Shown here piece after piece: positions 51,556 to 55,702 of a stretch of 55,702 nt of DNA. How positions within the stretch are numbered: the stretch's first letter is position 1; each line of letters opens with the position of its first letter. The notes below the pieces were generated by a model that was not told the origin of the DNA, searched no databases, and was given only the letters and a program-made list of their open reading frames with translations. Source of the DNA: Chloroflexota bacterium (GTDB lineage: Bacteria; Chloroflexota; Dehalococcoidia; UBA2247; JAXHVC01); contig JAXHVC010000012.1 of NCBI GenBank assembly GCA_034189315.1, positions 1 through 55,702 on the forward strand, given 5' to 3'. The position numbers were made by a program, and so were the translations under genes.

Positions 51556-53271
51556 ATGGATTCGCTGCAGTCTACGATAAAAAATAAGCCCTCCACAGAT
51601 CCCCTACCAGAGGAAGACAACGCCGAATACCAAAAGCTCCTGACAGAATTCACTGGGATCATGGACCGGAACGGGAAAATTCAGTTTGCGAATACAGCCC
51701 CCATTGAAGGACTTGGATATGCCAGCTCCGATGTTATTGGCAAGCACTTCTGGGAAGCATCCTGGTTTACTCAATCTACGGAATCCCAACGTTCCGTCAA
51801 GGAATGTGCAATTGCAGCTACGAGAGGAGAACCATCCAACTGTAAGGCAAAGACCTATACTAAAATAGGGACACCAATAGCAACAAGGTTCACCATCCGA
51901 CCGCTTGAGGGAATGAAGGGAGAACTCGCAACCATAATCACTATAAGCATCCTTGAGAACGAGAAACCTTCTACACAAAAAACGCCTACCGAATCATCAC
52001 AAACACTAGACAATGAAAGCGCGCCACATACAGAAGAGTCAAGGAGACCAGATTGTAATATAGAGGAATCTGCCCAATGGCATCGCATGTTAGTTAATCT
52101 GGTGCCTGACGCAATATTTCTGGTGGATCCCGATTGGACCATTAGGTCCTGTAATTTAGTAGTTGAGAAGATGACAGGATATTCGATCCAAGAAGTCCAA
52201 GGACTAAGGTTTCATGAGTTACTAGTCGACAAGTGTGAGAATATCGAAAAGGTAGATGAGCTCTTAAATAATCCTCTCGAAGAAGAGTCGGTGCAAGAAT
52301 TCGAGTTACTCTTCAGACACAAAAATGGAACAGAACACTGGAGCAGTATTACAGCTGCAGCATTGAACACAGATGGAAATAGAATAGGCATTCTTCTTGT
52401 CGCTCGTGATGTCACAATGAACAAGCAAGCAGAAGCAGAGGTTGCAGAAGCTGGAAACCGGTACAACGCCATCTTTGATAATCCATTACAATCCATCTTT
52501 ATTTGTGACCTAGAGGGACGCTTTCTAGAAATGAACCGATACGGAAGGGAGCTACTTGGGTATTCCCTAAAAGAGATCCGAAATCTGAAATACCAAGAAG
52601 TTGTCCATCCCGAAGATATTTCGACTGTTCTCGAGTCTTTAGTACAAGTAACCTCAGGGGATACTATGCCAATACAAGAGCTCCGCATCCTTCACAAAAC
52701 TGGCAGGGCAATATCAACCAATAACCTCATACTCCCCCTTATTAAAGACGGACAGACCTATGCTGTTATTGGATTTGCACAGGACATTACCCTACACAAG
52801 GTAACCGATGGGACAAGTGATTCCTCGGAAGCAAGACTTCAAGAACTCGTGACTAAACTTGAACTGTCCCAAAAGGAGATCTCCACTCCGGTGATTCAAG
52901 TTTGGGACCACGTGCTAGCCTTACCGCTAATCGGGATAGTTGATGATATCAGGGCACAACATGTCATGGAAACCTTGTTGGCCAAGATCGTTGATACTCA
53001 TACGCAGCTAGTCATCATCGATGTTACAGGCGTAGCCTCCATGGATACCGATGTAACAAACCACCTCATCCGAACAATACAGGCAACATCCCTACTAGGT
53101 GCACAGTGTGTGTTAACAGGCATTCAACCAGAAATTGCGCAGACTCTGATTGCACTTGGCTCGGATTTAAGTACATTTGTCATAAAGAGGGACATGCAGG
53201 ACGGAATCAAGTACGCCTTGGCTCAAACTGGGCATCAAATACAGCCAGATGTTCGGACCATACATCACTAA
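51556..53271 (+). CDS. Multi-PAS sensor with C-terminal RsbR-type STAS domain
   Basis: Three PAS units, then ISTPVIQVWD.VLALPLIG.VD..RA...IDVTGV..MDT...LTGI.PEIAQ. ATG 51556 preferred (51499 possible). Confidence 0.88.
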   Translation: MDSLQSTIKNKPSTDPLPEEDNAEYQKLLTEFTGIMDRNGKIQFANTAPIEGLGYASSDVIGKHFWEASWFTQSTESQRSVKECAIAATRGEPSNCKAKTYTKIGTPIATRFTIRPLEGMKGELATIITISILENEKPSTQKTPTESSQTLDNESAPHTEESRRPDCNIEESAQWHRMLVNLVPDAIFLVDPDWTIRSCNLVVEKMTGYSIQEVQGLRFHELLVDKCENIEKVDELLNNPLEEESVQEFELLFRHKNGTEHWSSITAAALNTDGNRIGILLVARDVTMNKQAEAEVAEAGNRYNAIFDNPLQSIFICDLEGRFLEMNRYGRELLGYSLKEIRNLKYQEVVHPEDISTVLESLVQVTSGDTMPIQELRILHKTGRAISTNNLILPLIKDGQTYAVIGFAQDITLHKVTDGTSDSSEARLQELVTKLELSQKEISTPVIQVWDHVLALPLIGIVDDIRAQHVMETLLAKIVDTHTQLVIIDVTGVASMDTDVTNHLIRTIQATSLLGAQCVLTGIQPEIAQTLIALGSDLSTFVIKRDMQDGIKYALAQTGHQIQPDVRTIHH

Positions 53272-53385
53272 AATGCAGAAACCTTTATCATAGAACAACA
53301 AAGAATGTTGATTTAGTCTAATCCCAGAGAAACGATGTATAGGTATTCATGAAATCACAATCTTACCTCATTAGGGAGAAATGTA

Positions 53386-55113
53386 ATGTCAGATAAGGGC
53401 AAGATCCGACAGACCTCTACCAAGCAATGGCAAAAGGAAGATAAGATTGAGAGGAAACCCATATCATCTGCAGCTAGTGTAGCTGCAGATGCAAACGAAC
53501 AAACAGACTACGAAGACCATCCGCATCACAAAGACATTCATCTGCTGTATGATTTTAGTGCTATTCTTGACAGAAGCGGTATAGTCCAATTTGCTACGGA
53601 ATCCCCCATTGAGGCACTTGGATACAGCGAGTCCGATATCATCGGCAAGGTATTCTGGGACACACGTTGGTTCGCCAAGTCGGTAGAATCACAGAGGCGC
53701 ATCAAAGAATGTGCATTAGCAGCATCTCATGGTGAGAACAACCAATGCAAAACAAAGGTTCTTACAAAAGACGGTAAAATCATACCTGTGACATTTGCTG
53801 TAAGCTCTCTTAAGGGTACAAAAACAGACCATGTATGCCTTATCAACGTAGTATCGTCACAAACTCAGTTTGACAAACAGGATCCCGAAACCACAAGTAC
53901 CGATAGTGTTGAGAGGCGATACAATGCTATCTACAATAACAAGCTACAGATTGTATATATTCATGATGACACAGGATGTTTCCTCGATGCCAATCAGGCT
54001 GCCTTCGATAGATTCGAGTTTACTCGTGAAGATATTGGTAAGACATATTTCCAAGATATAGTCCATCCAGATGACTTGTTGCTTGCATTCGAGGCGGTAC
54101 AAGAGGCCATGGCAATAGGGTATATGAAGCATCCAATTGAGATTCGGCTCATTAGTAAAGCTGGAGAGCTCACATGGGTGGAATGTCTCGGCATGCGGTT
54201 ATCAGAAGAGGGCGAGCCATTTGTAGGTTTGGGTATTGCCCAAGACATCACTCAACGAAAACAGGCAGAAGAAGCGCTTCGGGAGAGTGAGACAAGGTTT
54301 AGAGAGATCTTCGCCAACCTTAATGATGAAGTTGTCTTTGTGGACCTAGAAGGTACGGTGGTAAATGTCAACGCCAGATGTTGGGATACATTTGGATATA
54401 CGCCTGAGGAGACAATCGGGCATAGCTTCAAAGACCTCGATTTCTGTGGTCCAGAAGAAATGGCCAAGCTTGGTGAGTATTTTCTCTCATCTGTGGATCA
54501 CGGCGATCCAATATACCCATCTTTTGAAACCGCACTGAAGCACAAGAAAGGCCATTTTGTTCCTGTTGAGATTAATACTAGACCATTGAGAAACACCGAT
54601 GGAGCTTTGCAGGGATTCCTGAGTACAATTCGAGACGTCACGGAACGGAAAAGGGCAGATGCTGAGCTTAGGTCCTCAGAAGAGAAGCTGAGAGATACTG
54701 TTAATAAGCTCAGATTAGCACAGGAAGAGCTCTCCACCCCAGTTATTCAGATATGGGACCATATACTTGCTTTACCATTGATCGGATTAGTTGATGATAT
54801 TCGCGCGCAACAGGTTATGGACACCTTACTGGCCAAGATCGTTGAAACACAGTCGGAATTAGTAATCCTCGATGTAACAGGAGTCTCTTCTATGGACACC
54901 GAGGTGACAAACCACCTGATGAAGACAATTCAGGCAACATCCCTGCTTGGAACTCAATGTATACTCACTGGTATTCGACCAGAGATTGCACAAAGTCTAA
55001 TCGACTTAGGCTCAGACCTAAGCGATCTTGTCATCAAGAGGGATATGCAGGAAGGAATTAAATATGCCCTGGGACAAAAGGGGCATCGTGTATTCGAATT
55101 GCACACAAAGTAA
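53386..55113 (+). CDS. Multi-PAS sensor with C-terminal RsbR-type STAS domain (paralogue)
   Basis: Same architecture as the upstream gene, with LSTPVIQIWD.ILALPLIG and ILDVTGVSSMDT. Confidence 0.9.
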   Translation: MSDKGKIRQTSTKQWQKEDKIERKPISSAASVAADANEQTDYEDHPHHKDIHLLYDFSAILDRSGIVQFATESPIEALGYSESDIIGKVFWDTRWFAKSVESQRRIKECALAASHGENNQCKTKVLTKDGKIIPVTFAVSSLKGTKTDHVCLINVVSSQTQFDKQDPETTSTDSVERRYNAIYNNKLQIVYIHDDTGCFLDANQAAFDRFEFTREDIGKTYFQDIVHPDDLLLAFEAVQEAMAIGYMKHPIEIRLISKAGELTWVECLGMRLSEEGEPFVGLGIAQDITQRKQAEEALRESETRFREIFANLNDEVVFVDLEGTVVNVNARCWDTFGYTPEETIGHSFKDLDFCGPEEMAKLGEYFLSSVDHGDPIYPSFETALKHKKGHFVPVEINTRPLRNTDGALQGFLSTIRDVTERKRADAELRSSEEKLRDTVNKLRLAQEELSTPVIQIWDHILALPLIGLVDDIRAQQVMDTLLAKIVETQSELVILDVTGVSSMDTEVTNHLMKTIQATSLLGTQCILTGIRPEIAQSLIDLGSDLSDLVIKRDMQEGIKYALGQKGHRVFELHTK

Positions 55114-55401
55114 CTTTGCTCTCTATACAATCGTCATGTTCCCTGTCATATCAATAAAGCACGAAGCCAGTGGTTCATGTAAATGTCCATTGTTCATATG
55201 ATTAATCTTGCCTCTATCCATAATCTATCATCCTATGATGGACACTTTAGCTTCTCTCTATTATCCTCAATCATAGCACCAACATAATTGTAGCTGAGTA
55301 GCACAACCATTCCTGGTACAATACTCTTTAGCGAGTCTCCTCTAATTATCATGAAAAAGATCCTACAATAGCTATATTCCCAGTCAGCCAGGAGTGCGCG
55401 A

Positions 55402-55702
55402 TTGAGCAAGATTGTCTTCATGTTCTCCGGCCAGGGCTCTCAGTACTACCAGATGGGTAGAGAGCTCTATGATAATCATCCCACCTTCAGAGAGTGGATG
55501 CAGGAATTAGATGCCACTGCTCATCTGATAGGAGGGCAATCAATAACTTCGTATATATATAGCAAGAACAACAGAAAGATCGATATCTTCGATCAGACGC
55601 TCTACACTCACCCTGCGATCTTTATGGTGGAGTGTGTGCTGGCTCAGATCCTGTTGAACCAAGGAATCAAGCCCGATTATGTCTTGGGAACCAGCATTGG
55701 TG
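55402..55702 (+). CDS. Stand-alone PKS acyltransferase/acyl hydrolase (PksD/BaeD-like), 3' partial
   Basis: AGGAG RBS then TTG 55402 gives MSKIVFMFSGQGSQYYQMGRELY...THPAIFMVE...GIKPDYVLGTSIG. Runs off the window and is absent from the ORF track. Confidence 0.85.
   Translation, partial: MSKIVFMFSGQGSQYYQMGRELYDNHPTFREWMQELDATAHLIGGQSITSYIYSKNNRKIDIFDQTLYTHPAIFMVECVLAQILLNQGIKPDYVLGTSIG

Noticed and set aside
302-55421. Numerous short antisense or overlapping ORFs in the six-frame track (e.g. 302-769, 16757-17245, 18190-18747, 26799-27380, 40015-40542)
   Set aside because: They are shadows of well-supported genes on the opposite strand or another frame and show no family motifs.
1-55702. CRISPR array, cas genes, rRNA, prophage structural genes or reverse transcriptase
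   Set aside because: No regularly spaced repeats or matching protein motifs were seen by eye.

Overview
Bacterial chromosomal window, most likely from an anaerobic Chloroflexota (Dehalococcoidia-like) organism. The taxon is inferred from gene content only. Bases 1-21.9 kb look like backbone: an NfnB/SudA-type oxidoreductase (partial), a selenocysteine-containing selD that the ORF track truncates, a crtQ/crtO-like pair, thiolases, TatD, an inactive HMG-CoA-synthase/DUF35 fusion, a 170-bp IS1595-derived MITE with 8-bp target duplication, a Xer-type recombinase, dapL-hflX (hflX apparently with an ATT start), a COG1361 protein plus ABC exporter, a divergent B12 acyl-CoA mutase and tRNA-Asn. Directly after the tRNA lies a visibly more GC-rich, decaying accessory region (about 22-38 kb). 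It holds a frameshifted FG-GAP/PQQ propeller with an ABC-2 system, several pseudogenes and an IS3 remnant. Its most notable content is a minus-strand integron-like cassette array without an integrase: one canonical 129-bp attC, matching core/inverse-core sites, a secA2 pseudogene as apparent cargo, and a duplicated ~145-bp promoter module. Bases 38-55 kb are signalling-rich, with three tandem REC-PAS histidine kinases and two PAS-STAS (RsbR-like) paralogues. The window ends in the start of a PksD/BaeD-like acyltransferase/acyl hydrolase, which hints at a trans-AT PKS cluster beyond the edge.
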